DNA of 64,000 nucleotides from NCBI GenBank assembly GCA_016926255.1, contig JAFGOY010000012.1, forward strand, positions 14,172 through 78,171. Reading direction: 5' to 3'. The translations under genes and the position numbers were made by a program. This DNA is from Anaerolineae bacterium (GTDB lineage: Bacteria; Chloroflexota; Anaerolineae; Aggregatilineales; UBA3940). Below the pieces are notes generated by a model. That model did not search any database, was not told the DNA's origin, and saw only the letters and a list, made by a program, of their open reading frames with translations. Positions 53,134-61,342 of the stretch are shown piece by piece (positions within the stretch are counted from its first letter, which is position 1; every line of letters starts with the position of its first letter).

Positions 53134-53157
53134 GGGGCATTGATGATGCCCCTTTTT
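53134..53157 (+). terminator. Rho-independent terminator (GGGGCAT-TGATG-ATGCCCC-TTTTT)
   Basis: Read directly, 30 nt after the stop at 53104. Confidence 0.75.
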
Positions 53158-53222
53158 GGTTAGATGTAGAAATGGCACGGAGTGGTTGAAAAGCGTGAGG
53201 AACCGGCGGACAGGCAACTGAA

Positions 53223-53251
53223 TTGACAACCCCCAGGTGGGTCGATACAAT
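53223..53251 (+). promoter_or_regulatory. Sigma70-like promoter (TTGACA, 17-nt spacer, TACAAT) for the HesB/IscA gene
   Basis: Hexamers at 53223-53228 and 53246-53251, 62 nt upstream of the ATG. Confidence 0.55.
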
Positions 53252-53313
53252 CTGGGCGACGCACGAGAAACGATCATGGTAACGCATACCAAGAACAAGG
53301 AGCCACAATCAGA

Positions 53314-53688
53314 ATGAGCGATCAGGCACAGGCGGAAGGCACAAAAGCCGCCACCACAGAGCAGATTATCACAGTCACCCCGCAAGCTATCGAAAAGATC
53401 AACGGGCTGCTAGAAGAGAAAAAACTGGAAGGGCACTGCCTGCGCGTGTTTGTCGTGAGTGGCGGATGTTCGGGTCTTCAATACGGGATGGCTTTTGAAC
53501 CCCAGCCGCGCGAAGAAGACACGGTGGTCAATGCGAACGGCTTACAGGTGCTCGTCGACCCGTTCAGCCTGCAATATATGTCAGGCAGCACGGTAGACTA
53601 TGTCGAGACGGAGGCAATGGCCGGGTTCCGGATCGACAACCCGAACTACACTCCCTCGTGCAGCTGCAGCGGGGGCGGCTGCGGGTAG
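53314..53688 (+). CDS. HesB/IscA/ErpA-family iron-sulfur cluster insertion protein
   Basis: Contains LRVFVVSGGCSGLQYGM...VDYVE...GFRIDNPN and a Cys-rich C-terminus CSCSGGGCG. AAGGAG RBS. Confidence 0.85.
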   Translation: MSDQAQAEGTKAATTEQIITVTPQAIEKINGLLEEKKLEGHCLRVFVVSGGCSGLQYGMAFEPQPREEDTVVNANGLQVLVDPFSLQYMSGSTVDYVETEAMAGFRIDNPNYTPSCSCSGGGCG

Positions 53689-53712
53689 TTTCTAAATCGA
53701 CCGGTACATTCG

Positions 53713-53748
53713 AACGGCGATCCTGAACTGAGGATCGCCGTTTTTTTC
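53713..53748 (+). terminator. Rho-independent terminator (AACGGCGATCC-TGAACTGA-GGATCGCCGTT-TTTTT)
   Basis: An 11-bp stem plus T-run, 25 nt after the stop. The stem sequence recurs at 56851-56884. Confidence 0.8.
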
Positions 53749-53879
53749 TTGTTCGGGGGCGTCAAAAAGGGAGTTGTTAACAGCAGATTGATGGATATAC
53801 TATACTGGCATTGAAGAAGCTCAAAATCGACTTTGATTTTCGATCAGTCATCCTTCAGATAGACATGCAGGAGCTTACA

Positions 53880-56009
53880 ATGGGATATCTTCGCGCATGC
53901 CAACGCGCCCGACTGAGGTGGGCGCTGCCGGGTCTTCTTTTTTTGCTGTCACTCCTGATAACCGGGACCGCTGCCTCAGCTCCCCTTGAGGCGGATAAAA
54001 GTATCGACCTGGATTATGGCGAATACTTCACCGAGAGGCTGGTGGCCTACGAAAGAGACGAGTTATACGAGCCATATGTCTACAAGATAGAAATACCCAA
54101 AGGGGCCGAACTGCTGGTCTCGATCAGCCAGCCATCCGCGCAGTACTGCTTCTTCGAGGCTGCCGTCTATGTGCCGAATTATTCCTCCGGCGACTATAAA
54201 GGGCGGGCGACCGTCAATGCGGGTTCGATATCGGACAGTTTCCTGATCACGCTGCCGGGTGGAGACGCCGAAGTCTGGATCGGGAGTACACAGGACTGCG
54301 ATTATTACCAGGACTTCCCGGTGTACGTCTACCCGTACTTCGAGGTGTTCGGCAGTTCGTCCTATGACGATGACAGCAGCAGCGACGACGATGACGAGGA
54401 CTCGTGGCCCGATCCGGTCGTCGAGTTCGGCGCTGACAGCACTTCAATCGTCGCGGGACAATGTGTGCGGCTGACATGGTATATCGAGTATATCAGTGCG
54501 GCCTACCTGCGGGGCGGGGGATACGATCAGGGCGTGGAGGGGCCAAGCGGATCTATCGAGGTGTGCCCGGTCGAAACGACCGAGTACCGGATGGAGGTGC
54601 AGGCCCCGAAAGGCAGCCAGACCGTCAAAATTGTGATCACGGTCGTCCAACCGACGGCGGAGCCGACCGACACCCCCAGGCCGACATCGACATCCAGACC
54701 AACATCGACTCCGCAGCCGACTTCGACAAGCACCCCGACCGAAGAACCTACACCCGACGAACAGGAGGAGCCGGAGGAAGGGGAGCCAGAGGAAGAGGAG
54801 GAGCCGCCGACCGCCACGCCGACCCCCGACGAGGACGAGGGCGTCATGCCACCCTACCTGGTGCTGACCCACAAAGGCCGGTTGAACACGGCGCTTGGAT
54901 TGGGTGGGGCGTGGGATGAAATCGAGGGGCTGCTGGACGATCACTACGGGCACGACAATTACTCGGTGCTCGACTACGAGGAAGAGTTGGGGGCATCGAG
55001 CAGCATCAACCAGTATCGTGACCTGCTGCTTGAGGAAGTACGCAGCCGGGGCTGGCCGAAATATATCATCGTCATGGGCGGGCCGAATATCGTGCCGTTT
55101 GGCACGGTAACCAATCCATGCTCAGGAGTGGTCAACAGCGACAACGATACGATATTCACCGACGACTGGTACGCCGACCTGGATCAGGACGGCGCTTTCA
55201 TGCCGGATGTACCGGTGACGCGCGTGCCGGATGGCGGGAACATCGAGCTGATCCGGGCGATCTTCCAGGCGAACGAACGGTCAATGCCATCGGGGAGCAA
55301 CGATGTATTTTCCTACGGGCAGCCGCTGAGAGAGTTCGCCGAAGACATGGTGATACAAATCCTGCGCGGAAACACCGATCACCCGGACTGGGGAACGGTG
55401 CCGATCCGGAGTTCACCGCTGACGAGTGGAGGCGTCGACGTGGGGCTGGTCGATGCGCAGTATACCTACTTCATCCTGCATGGCAATCGAGGCAATACTG
55501 CATCGTGGTGGGGTGAAGACCCGGATGTTCTGTGTAGTGTCGACGAAAACGGAGATCGTGTTTGTCCTTCATCACGGTATCCCACCGCTTTCGACGTGAG
55601 CCAGGCCGACTCGCAGGGGCTGGTGATCAGCGCCGCCTGCTACGGGGCATACATTAACGACGGGCAGACGACGGCCAACTCGATTGCGCTCAACTTTCTG
55701 CAAAACGGCGCGTTTGCCTTCATCGGCTCGACGGCGACGACCTACAGCACCAAAGCACAAGACGAAGAAATCGAGATGTGCCGGGACGACGGCCACTGCT
55801 TCCCGGTGCGGATCGTCGGGGAGCCGTTAGGCAGAGGTCACCAGCGCATGGACTGGTCGATCTTCAACAAGGTGTCGCAGGATCAGATGCACCCGGTCGA
55901 CGCTTACCTGAGCGCCAAACTGGAGCAAACCGGGTTGAGCGATCCGACCTGCGGCGAGCAGAAAGCCATCCATTCATACGTCTACTACGGGCTGCCGCCC
56001 ACATCCTGA
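53880..56009 (+). CDS. Secreted multidomain protein with a C-terminal C25 (gingipain-like, clan CD) peptidase-type domain
   Basis: Start at ATG 53880 (signal peptide MGYLRACQRARLRWALPGLLFLLSLLITGTAASA; AGGAG RBS). N-terminal beta-rich domains are followed by an Asp/Ser acidic stretch and PT/E linkers. The C-terminal part reads YIIVMGGPNIVPF...DDWYADLDQDGAFMPDVPVTRVP...ILHGN...ISAACYGAY, resembling the C25 layout with a His/Cys dyad. Confidence 0.65.
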   Translation: MGYLRACQRARLRWALPGLLFLLSLLITGTAASAPLEADKSIDLDYGEYFTERLVAYERDELYEPYVYKIEIPKGAELLVSISQPSAQYCFFEAAVYVPNYSSGDYKGRATVNAGSISDSFLITLPGGDAEVWIGSTQDCDYYQDFPVYVYPYFEVFGSSSYDDDSSSDDDDEDSWPDPVVEFGADSTSIVAGQCVRLTWYIEYISAAYLRGGGYDQGVEGPSGSIEVCPVETTEYRMEVQAPKGSQTVKIVITVVQPTAEPTDTPRPTSTSRPTSTPQPTSTSTPTEEPTPDEQEEPEEGEPEEEEEPPTATPTPDEDEGVMPPYLVLTHKGRLNTALGLGGAWDEIEGLLDDHYGHDNYSVLDYEEELGASSSINQYRDLLLEEVRSRGWPKYIIVMGGPNIVPFGTVTNPCSGVVNSDNDTIFTDDWYADLDQDGAFMPDVPVTRVPDGGNIELIRAIFQANERSMPSGSNDVFSYGQPLREFAEDMVIQILRGNTDHPDWGTVPIRSSPLTSGGVDVGLVDAQYTYFILHGNRGNTASWWGEDPDVLCSVDENGDRVCPSSRYPTAFDVSQADSQGLVISAACYGAYINDGQTTANSIALNFLQNGAFAFIGSTATTYSTKAQDEEIEMCRDDGHCFPVRIVGEPLGRGHQRMDWSIFNKVSQDQMHPVDAYLSAKLEQTGLSDPTCGEQKAIHSYVYYGLPPTS

Positions 56010-56023
56010 GGGGAGCATTCCAG

Positions 56024-56791
56024 ATGACCATCATACTACGTTCAGTACACCAACCTGACTGGGAGATTCCGCTTGAGGCGGGTGAATACAGTGTTGGCAG
56101 AAGCGAGGATAACCAGATCGTACTGCCCGACGCTTCCGTGTCACGACACCATGTCACGCTGTGGATCGAAGGGAACATCCTGACCGCTTCCGATCAGGGC
56201 AGCGCGAACGGGACGTTCGTCAATGGGGCGCGTATCCAGCAGGCGCAGCTCATGCCGGGCGATATCTTGAAGATCGGCGGCTACATGTTTACCTGCGTCG
56301 GGCCGAGCGAAGCGGTGACAATGCCGGAAGCGATGACACCCACGCTGATCGAGCAGCCGGGGCCGGTAACCCCGCCGCCGGGTTATGTGCTGCCGGATTA
56401 TTCCACGCCGCCGCCTCCACCACCCGCGCCGCCGCAGCCGACGAAGAAGAAGCGGCGCACGCTGCCGCTGGTGCTGGGGATCGGTGTGCTGGTGCTGATC
56501 GCGGCTGCCGGGGCGGTGATCATCGCCCTGCTGCTGATGGGGCGGAACAAGTCCGACCTTACGGAACAGGAAGAAGCCCTGTTCATCGCCAACTCGATTG
56601 TCGAGTCGGATTACCCGGACTATATGGTCGAAGACCCGTCGATCAGCGAGTGGCAGGTTCAGGGCGGGGACGGCTATATGGTGTCGTATTCGCTCGATGC
56701 GGACGAATCGGCGGGAATGATATTCCCTCGCGCGCTGAATATCTATGTCAACCCGGAGACAAACGAGGTAATGATCGAGGAGATGAACTGA
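56024..56791 (+). CDS. FHA-domain membrane protein (cytoplasmic FHA, Pro-rich linker, single TM, extracytoplasmic C-terminal domain)
   Basis: FHA signature YSVGRSEDNQIVLPDASVSRHHV...SDQGSANGTFVNG is present. The segment PPPPPPAPPQPTKKKRR is followed by the helix LPLVLGIGVLVLIAAAGAVIIALLL. It starts 15 nt after the upstream stop, with a GGGGAG RBS. Confidence 0.85.
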   Translation: MTIILRSVHQPDWEIPLEAGEYSVGRSEDNQIVLPDASVSRHHVTLWIEGNILTASDQGSANGTFVNGARIQQAQLMPGDILKIGGYMFTCVGPSEAVTMPEAMTPTLIEQPGPVTPPPGYVLPDYSTPPPPPPAPPQPTKKKRRTLPLVLGIGVLVLIAAAGAVIIALLLMGRNKSDLTEQEEALFIANSIVESDYPDYMVEDPSISEWQVQGGDGYMVSYSLDADESAGMIFPRALNIYVNPETNEVMIEEMN

Positions 56792-56850
56792 CCGCCTATC
56801 CGAAATGAGCAAAGCGAATTTTTGGATAGGTACTATATGCTGCTCAGAAT

Positions 56851-56890
56851 AAAACGGCGATCCTGGTATGGGGATCGCCGTTTTCGTTTA
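56851..56890. terminator. Bidirectional terminator (AAAACGGCGATCC-loop-GGATCGCCGTTTT)
   Basis: It lies between convergent genes. The stem is nearly identical to that of the terminator at 53713-53748. Confidence 0.75.
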
Positions 56891-56910
56891 ATGATCGGGG
56901 ATGGGTTGGT

Positions 56911-57330
56911 TTAACGATTACAGTGGGCCAGCGCCTCGGATTCGGTATTGAACAAGAGCACATTGTTCCGTCCGGTGATTCTCGATAGGAACCCCTCGAC
57001 CGCTTTTGCTCCCCGGTTTGAACCAATGATCAGCCACTCGGCCAGCAAATGATGCTGGTATGGCCTTATCGCAGAAATCATGGTTTCGGTGAGTGGAAAT
57101 ACAGGGTTCTGCCGCAGGTCGACGACGACGCACATTTCCGCACTGGCGGAGTCAAGTACTGCCTGGATTGACTGAAAGGCGCGGCGGACATCAGCCGGAT
57201 CGACTTTTTGCTGCCAGGTCATCAGAAGGACATTTTTTTTATCATGGATTTCTTTGACCGATACCGTCGGGCCTTCTTCAAGACTGCTGTTGACTATGTT
57301 GGATTGTTCCATCACTCTCTGCTCAACCAT
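56911..57330 (-). CDS. Hypothetical protein (~139 aa), low-GC
   Basis: The ORF was trimmed to ATG 57330 because the track ORF runs into the terminator and tRNA-Val. No motif recognised. The start is uncertain (57312 is also possible). Confidence 0.5.
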   Translation of the reverse strand: MVEQRVMEQSNIVNSSLEEGPTVSVKEIHDKKNVLLMTWQQKVDPADVRRAFQSIQAVLDSASAEMCVVVDLRQNPVFPLTETMISAIRPYQHHLLAEWLIIGSNRGAKAVEGFLSRITGRNNVLLFNTESEALAHCNR

Positions 57331-57412
57331 ATATTGTTCCCTTTTATACAAAGTAGGTAGGAAGAGTATACGGCAATTTGCAGGTTGCAGGTATGAAATG
57401 CTCATGAAAAAG

Positions 57413-57449
57413 AAAAAAAACCGGATCGCATGCGATCCGGTTTTTTTTT
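57413..57449 (-). terminator. Terminator after tRNA-Val (perfect 20-nt palindrome CCGGATCGCATGCGATCCGG flanked by A8 and T9 runs)
   Basis: Read directly. It lies 4 nt downstream of the tRNA 3' end on the minus strand. Confidence 0.8.
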
Positions 57450-57453
57450 CGTG

Positions 57454-57527
57454 TGGGCGGTACAAGACTTGAACTTGTGACCTCCACGATGTCAACGTGG
57501 CGCTCTAGCCAACTGAGCTAACCGCCC
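57454..57527 (-). tRNA. tRNA-Val: tRNA-Val (anticodon GAC)
   Basis: The reverse complement folds as acceptor GGGCGGT/ACCGCCC, D arm GCTC/GAGC, anticodon stem CCACG/CGTGG with loop TTGACAT, and T arm ACAAG-TTCAAGT-CTTGT. 74 nt. Confidence 0.9.
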
Positions 57528-57631
57528 AATGTGGATGCAATTATACGCCGAACGCGGCGGTCCGTCAAAAATTTTGTTCTGGGGTGGCGGTTCGCTTGCG
57601 AAAAATCCGCCGATAGTGAACAATCGTGAGT

Positions 57632-58867
57632 ATGAACAAGGCGATACGCAGACACATCCTGATTACGTTGCTCATTTGCGGCCTGCTGATGGCGGGCTGT
57701 GCTGCCGAAGAAACCGACCCGGTGCTGGTCGATCCGACCGGTTTTGTCACCTACAGCCACCCGACGGGGGTGTTCTCGCTCTCGATGCCGCCCGACTGGA
57801 TTCTCAGCGATACCTCTGATGCCTACGCGCTGGATGTCAGCTTTTCGCTGCCGGACACATCGCTGCCGGTGTTGAACGTCTACGTGGTCAGTTCGAGCGC
57901 GCTGGGAACCAACGCCTCACCCGATGCGCTGACGACTTTCGAGAATACCACTGACGTGGTCACCAGCTTCGATGGGCTGGTCAGCCTGTACCAGTCCGAT
58001 TTCTACCGGCTGACCAACGAGGTCTACAAGGAGATCGGGCGGGAGATTCAACCCGACGGCAGCCTGCGGGTCGCGTTCCTGATCGATTCGGCATATGGCA
58101 CCAGCCAGCACAACGATTTCTTCCAGGTGGCGGGCCAATACTTCGTCGCCGTTCGCACCCGGCTGCCTGCCGATCCGGCCCAGCAGCGCACACTGAGCCG
58201 GGCGATCAACACGCTGTCGTTCAACCTGACGACCGGCTGGGCGTCGACGGTGGCGCATCCCGACGAGAGCAGCCCGCGCGACCTGGTGGGCTTTGCTAAC
58301 CTCAATCACTGGGCGGGCAGCAACGGTGGATTCGTGGTGGTGGGGCAGGTGATCAACCATGCGCCGGAGCCGCTGGAATTCGTGCGGGTCAACGTCCAGC
58401 TTTACGATCCATTCGGCGAATTGCTGATCGAACAGGACAACTTCGTTTCCTCCGACCTGATCATGCCCGGCGAATACGCGCCCTTCTCGATTGTGTTCAG
58501 CGACGGCCTGCCGCCCGATACCGTTCGCTATGATCTGGAAGCTTCGGCGCGTTATGCCGATTACGCTACCCAGACTTTTTACGGCCCGGAGAACTTCGCG
58601 GTGACCTCCGAGGCGGGCTTCGATGAAAACGGGCTGCTGGTGGTCAGCGGGCAGGTGCGCAACGAGGGAAATCTCACCGCCAACCTGGTGAAGGTGATCG
58701 TTACGATCTTCGACGAGGATCAACGAGTGGCGGGCACCGATACCACGCTGGTCGACGTGCAGCAGCTTGCCCCCGGCGAGACATCGGGGTTTGACGTGCG
58801 GTTCTTCGAACTGGGGGGCGCGCCGAACACGTTCCTGGTGTCAGTGCAGGGGATTATCGCGGATTAA
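57632..58867 (+). CDS. Lipoprotein of unknown function (411 aa)
   Basis: Lipobox signal MNKAIRRHILITLLICGLLMAGCAAE. The long ORF has normal composition. The 268-aa antisense ORF is a shadow. Confidence 0.65.
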   Translation: MNKAIRRHILITLLICGLLMAGCAAEETDPVLVDPTGFVTYSHPTGVFSLSMPPDWILSDTSDAYALDVSFSLPDTSLPVLNVYVVSSSALGTNASPDALTTFENTTDVVTSFDGLVSLYQSDFYRLTNEVYKEIGREIQPDGSLRVAFLIDSAYGTSQHNDFFQVAGQYFVAVRTRLPADPAQQRTLSRAINTLSFNLTTGWASTVAHPDESSPRDLVGFANLNHWAGSNGGFVVVGQVINHAPEPLEFVRVNVQLYDPFGELLIEQDNFVSSDLIMPGEYAPFSIVFSDGLPPDTVRYDLEASARYADYATQTFYGPENFAVTSEAGFDENGLLVVSGQVRNEGNLTANLVKVIVTIFDEDQRVAGTDTTLVDVQQLAPGETSGFDVRFFELGGAPNTFLVSVQGIIAD

Positions 58868-58957
58868 ACCGGGGTAGACATCATACAAATGGAATCAAAA
58901 AGGACGCAGTCGATTTCGTCGAGTGCGTCCCTGGCTTGTATAAGTCGGGCAGGGGGA

Positions 58958-59185
58958 TCAATCCCCTTCGATGGTAGGCCCCATCTCCTCGCGCTGCTTA
59001 TCGAGTGCCGTGCGGAAAGTATCGAGCCATTGATCGGACGTTTCCCAATCATCCAGGGCTCCCATTTCGACCGGCACCATTGCCAGCAAAGCCTGCCACT
59101 CGGCAAGCGGAATCTGCACAACTTCCTTGCCGTCGGCGGTTTTTATCAGTTTTACTGCTCTTTTGATGGCTGATAGATTCGTCAT
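58958..59185 (-). CDS. Small hypothetical protein (75 aa), antitoxin-like N-terminal pattern
   Basis: MTNLSAIKRAVKLIKTADGKEVVQIPLAEWQALL resembles the beta-strand/helix start of Phd/YefM-type or similar antitoxins. There is no RBS and no partner gene, so the call is weak. Confidence 0.35.
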   Translation of the reverse strand: MTNLSAIKRAVKLIKTADGKEVVQIPLAEWQALLAMVPVEMGALDDWETSDQWLDTFRTALDKQREEMGPTIEGD

Positions 59186-59235
59186 TCAGAAACCAGCCCA
59201 GAAAACAAATCGAACGTGTTTGAGCAAGCGCACGG

Positions 59236-59544
59236 TCAGAAGAGACCCCAGTCGCCGCCCGCGCCTTCTTCCATCATGCCGGGGTCCCACATCTCGTCCC
59301 CCATCTCGACGGTGGTCGGCAGGTCCAGTTCCTCCTGAACCGTCAACTGCACCTGGTACATCAACTGCGGGCCGTAGGGACAGAAGGGAGTGGTCAGGAT
59401 CATAACGATGTTGGCTCCATCCTCCCAGATTTGCACGTCACGGATCAAACCCAACTCGACGACGTTCAGGCCGATCTCCGGGTCGACGACCCGGCGCAGC
59501 GCCTCGTAAACTTTTGCCTCTTTGGCATCGGGTTGTTCAGGCAT
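59236..59544 (-). CDS. sufT: DUF59/MIP18-family Fe-S assembly protein (SufT-like)
   Basis: Contains VYEALRRVVDPEIGLNVVELGLIRDV...ILTTPFCPYGP, the canonical DUF59 motif. The ATG at 59544 overlaps the upstream regulator's stop by 8 nt. Confidence 0.8.
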   Translation of the reverse strand: MPEQPDAKEAKVYEALRRVVDPEIGLNVVELGLIRDVQIWEDGANIVMILTTPFCPYGPQLMYQVQLTVQEELDLPTTVEMGDEMWDPGMMEEGAGGDWGLF

Positions 59545-60226
59545 GGGTTCCCTCACCCGTCGAATTTCCTTCCTGACTCACCACCAGCGTGCAGGCCGAA
59601 TCGCCGTGCTGCATACAGGACAAACGCTTTGCCCCGGTTCCGAGAACCGATCCCACCACCGACAGTTCGATCCGGCAGATTTCGGGGTGGCGTGCGCCTA
59701 TATCATAATACGGGCAATGATATCGTACTAACTGCGGCCCGTCATCTCCATCTTGCCAGCGGGCAGTCATCCCCTGCTCGTCGAGCCAATCCAATAGAAT
59801 CTGCCGCTGAACGGCTTCTGGCTGCCCGGCAAGCGCCTTGCGCAGATCGCTGGTCAGCGAATTGGCCAACCCGTCGATCAACTGATCGATTGCGTCGGCA
59901 GGTAGTTGATCCTTTACCTGATCGAGCAGGCCGTCAACCAGCAGGTGATAGGCGTGGGGGAAGAAGCGCTCCGCCTCATGCGAGAGCCGGTAAATATGAA
60001 CCGGCCTGCCGACCGAGCGGCGTTCCGCTTCCACGTCGATCAGCCCCTCGGCCTGCAAATTGGTCAGGTGATGGCGGACAGTCACGCCCGCCACGCCGAC
60101 GACATCGGCCAGCTCGTTGATCGTCGCTTTGCCGAGCGATCGCAGCGCCTTTAACACCAGCCAGCGCGTACTGCCAGTATTGAGACCAGAGCTTACCTGA
60201 TGATCGGTGGTATGTTGGAATGTCAT
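59537..60226 (-). CDS. sufR: SufR-like transcriptional regulator, paralog 2, divergent from sufCBD
   Basis: wHTH STRWLVLKAL...TINELADVVGVAGVTVRHHLTNLQAEGLI......GRPVHIYRLS. C-terminal cysteines are HCPYY..(x11)..C..(x~22)..C..(x6)..C. The start could be ATG 60226 or 60265. Confidence 0.7.
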   Translation of the reverse strand: MTFQHTTDHQVSSGLNTGSTRWLVLKALRSLGKATINELADVVGVAGVTVRHHLTNLQAEGLIDVEAERRSVGRPVHIYRLSHEAERFFPHAYHLLVDGLLDQVKDQLPADAIDQLIDGLANSLTSDLRKALAGQPEAVQRQILLDWLDEQGMTARWQDGDDGPQLVRYHCPYYDIGARHPEICRIELSVVGSVLGTGAKRLSCMQHGDSACTLVVSQEGNSTGEGTHA

Positions 60227-60289
60227 ATTACTCTGGAGTATAACTCGCGGCGAGTTTATAGTCAATTATTATCATAAATATCATTATTA

Positions 60290-60319
60290 TTGACTTTAGC
60301 TTTTCCCGTGTGCTATAAT
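60290..60319 (+). promoter_or_regulatory. Strong sigma70-like promoter for sufCBD (TTGACT, 18-nt spacer, extended -10 TGCTATAAT)
   Basis: Hexamers at 60290-60295 and 60314-60319, with TG at 60311-60312. It implies a ~190-nt AT-rich leader containing GTGACT inverted repeats. Confidence 0.6.
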
Positions 60320-60513
60320 CCGTGCGCATTTCACGCAGGAAAAAACACGGTGACTCGATATCCGTTGCAGCCGCCTGACGAAAACGGCGAGTCACTGCAT
60401 AAAATCAAGAATAAAGTGACTTAAGTCATGTGAAAAACAAGAAAAATCGTTTCAAATTTATATCGTTTTTCTCAGACTTATACCATAAATAAATCAGGGA
60501 GCCTTAGTGTAAG

Positions 60514-61284
60514 ATGACCGTAGCTTTAGAGATTAGAAACCTGCATGTCAACGTCGAAGATAAGCCGATCCTCAAAGGCGTGAATCTGACCGTCCGGCAG
60601 GGCGAAACCCACGCGCTGATGGGGCCGAACGGATCCGGCAAGAGCACGCTGGCTTATTCGTTGATGGGCCACCCGAATTACGAAGTCACCGGCGGGCAGA
60701 TATTGCTTGACGGAGTCGACCTGCTTGAACTGGAGGCCGATGCCCGCAGCCACCTGGGGCTATTTCTCGCTTTCCAGTACCCGGTAGCGATTCCCGGCGT
60801 ATCGCTGGCGAACTTCCTGCGACACGCTGTGAACGCGCATCGCAAGGCCGTCGATCCCGACGACGGGGGAATGCCGATCCCGGAGTTCCGCAAGATGTTG
60901 AAGGCCAAGATGGACCTGCTGGAAATGGATCACAGTTTCGCGGGGCGCTACCTGAACGACGGCTTCTCCGGCGGCGAGAAGAAGCGGGCGGAAATCCTCC
61001 AGCTTGCCACGCTCGAACCGAAGATCGCGGTGCTTGACGAAACCGACTCCGGACTCGACATCGACGCACTGCGGATTGTCTCGGAGGGGGTCAATGCGCT
61101 GGCCGGGCCTGATCTGGGTGTGCTGGTGATCACCCACTACCAGCGGATATTGAACTACGTCAAGCCGGAGTATGTCCACGTTATGTTCGACGGCCAGATC
61201 GCCGAGAGCGGCGGTCCTGAACTTGCGCTGCGTCTGGAAGAGCAGGGTTACGACTGGCTGCGCGAGAAAAACGGAAGCAGTTAG
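60514..61284 (+). CDS. sufC: Fe-S cluster assembly ATPase SufC
   Basis: Contains [28 protein letters not shown] and [12 protein letters not shown]. Length and N-terminus are typical of SufC. Confidence 0.95.
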   Translation: MTVALEIRNLHVNVEDKPILKGVNLTVRQGETHALMGPNGSGKSTLAYSLMGHPNYEVTGGQILLDGVDLLELEADARSHLGLFLAFQYPVAIPGVSLANFLRHAVNAHRKAVDPDDGGMPIPEFRKMLKAKMDLLEMDHSFAGRYLNDGFSGGEKKRAEILQLATLEPKIAVLDETDSGLDIDALRIVSEGVNALAGPDLGVLVITHYQRILNYVKPEYVHVMFDGQIAESGGPELALRLEEQGYDWLREKNGSS

Positions 61285-61342
61285 CAATCGACAATTGGCT
61301 TTTGCCAGTTGCTACCGCACCTTCATATTGGAGTAGAACCTC

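Noticed and set aside
54247-54953. Multiple overlapping ORFs in both strands across the PT/E-rich linker of the C25-like gene
   Set aside because: These are low-complexity shadow frames (Arg/Pro/Gly-rich). The long plus frame is continuous from the signal peptide to the peptidase-like domain.
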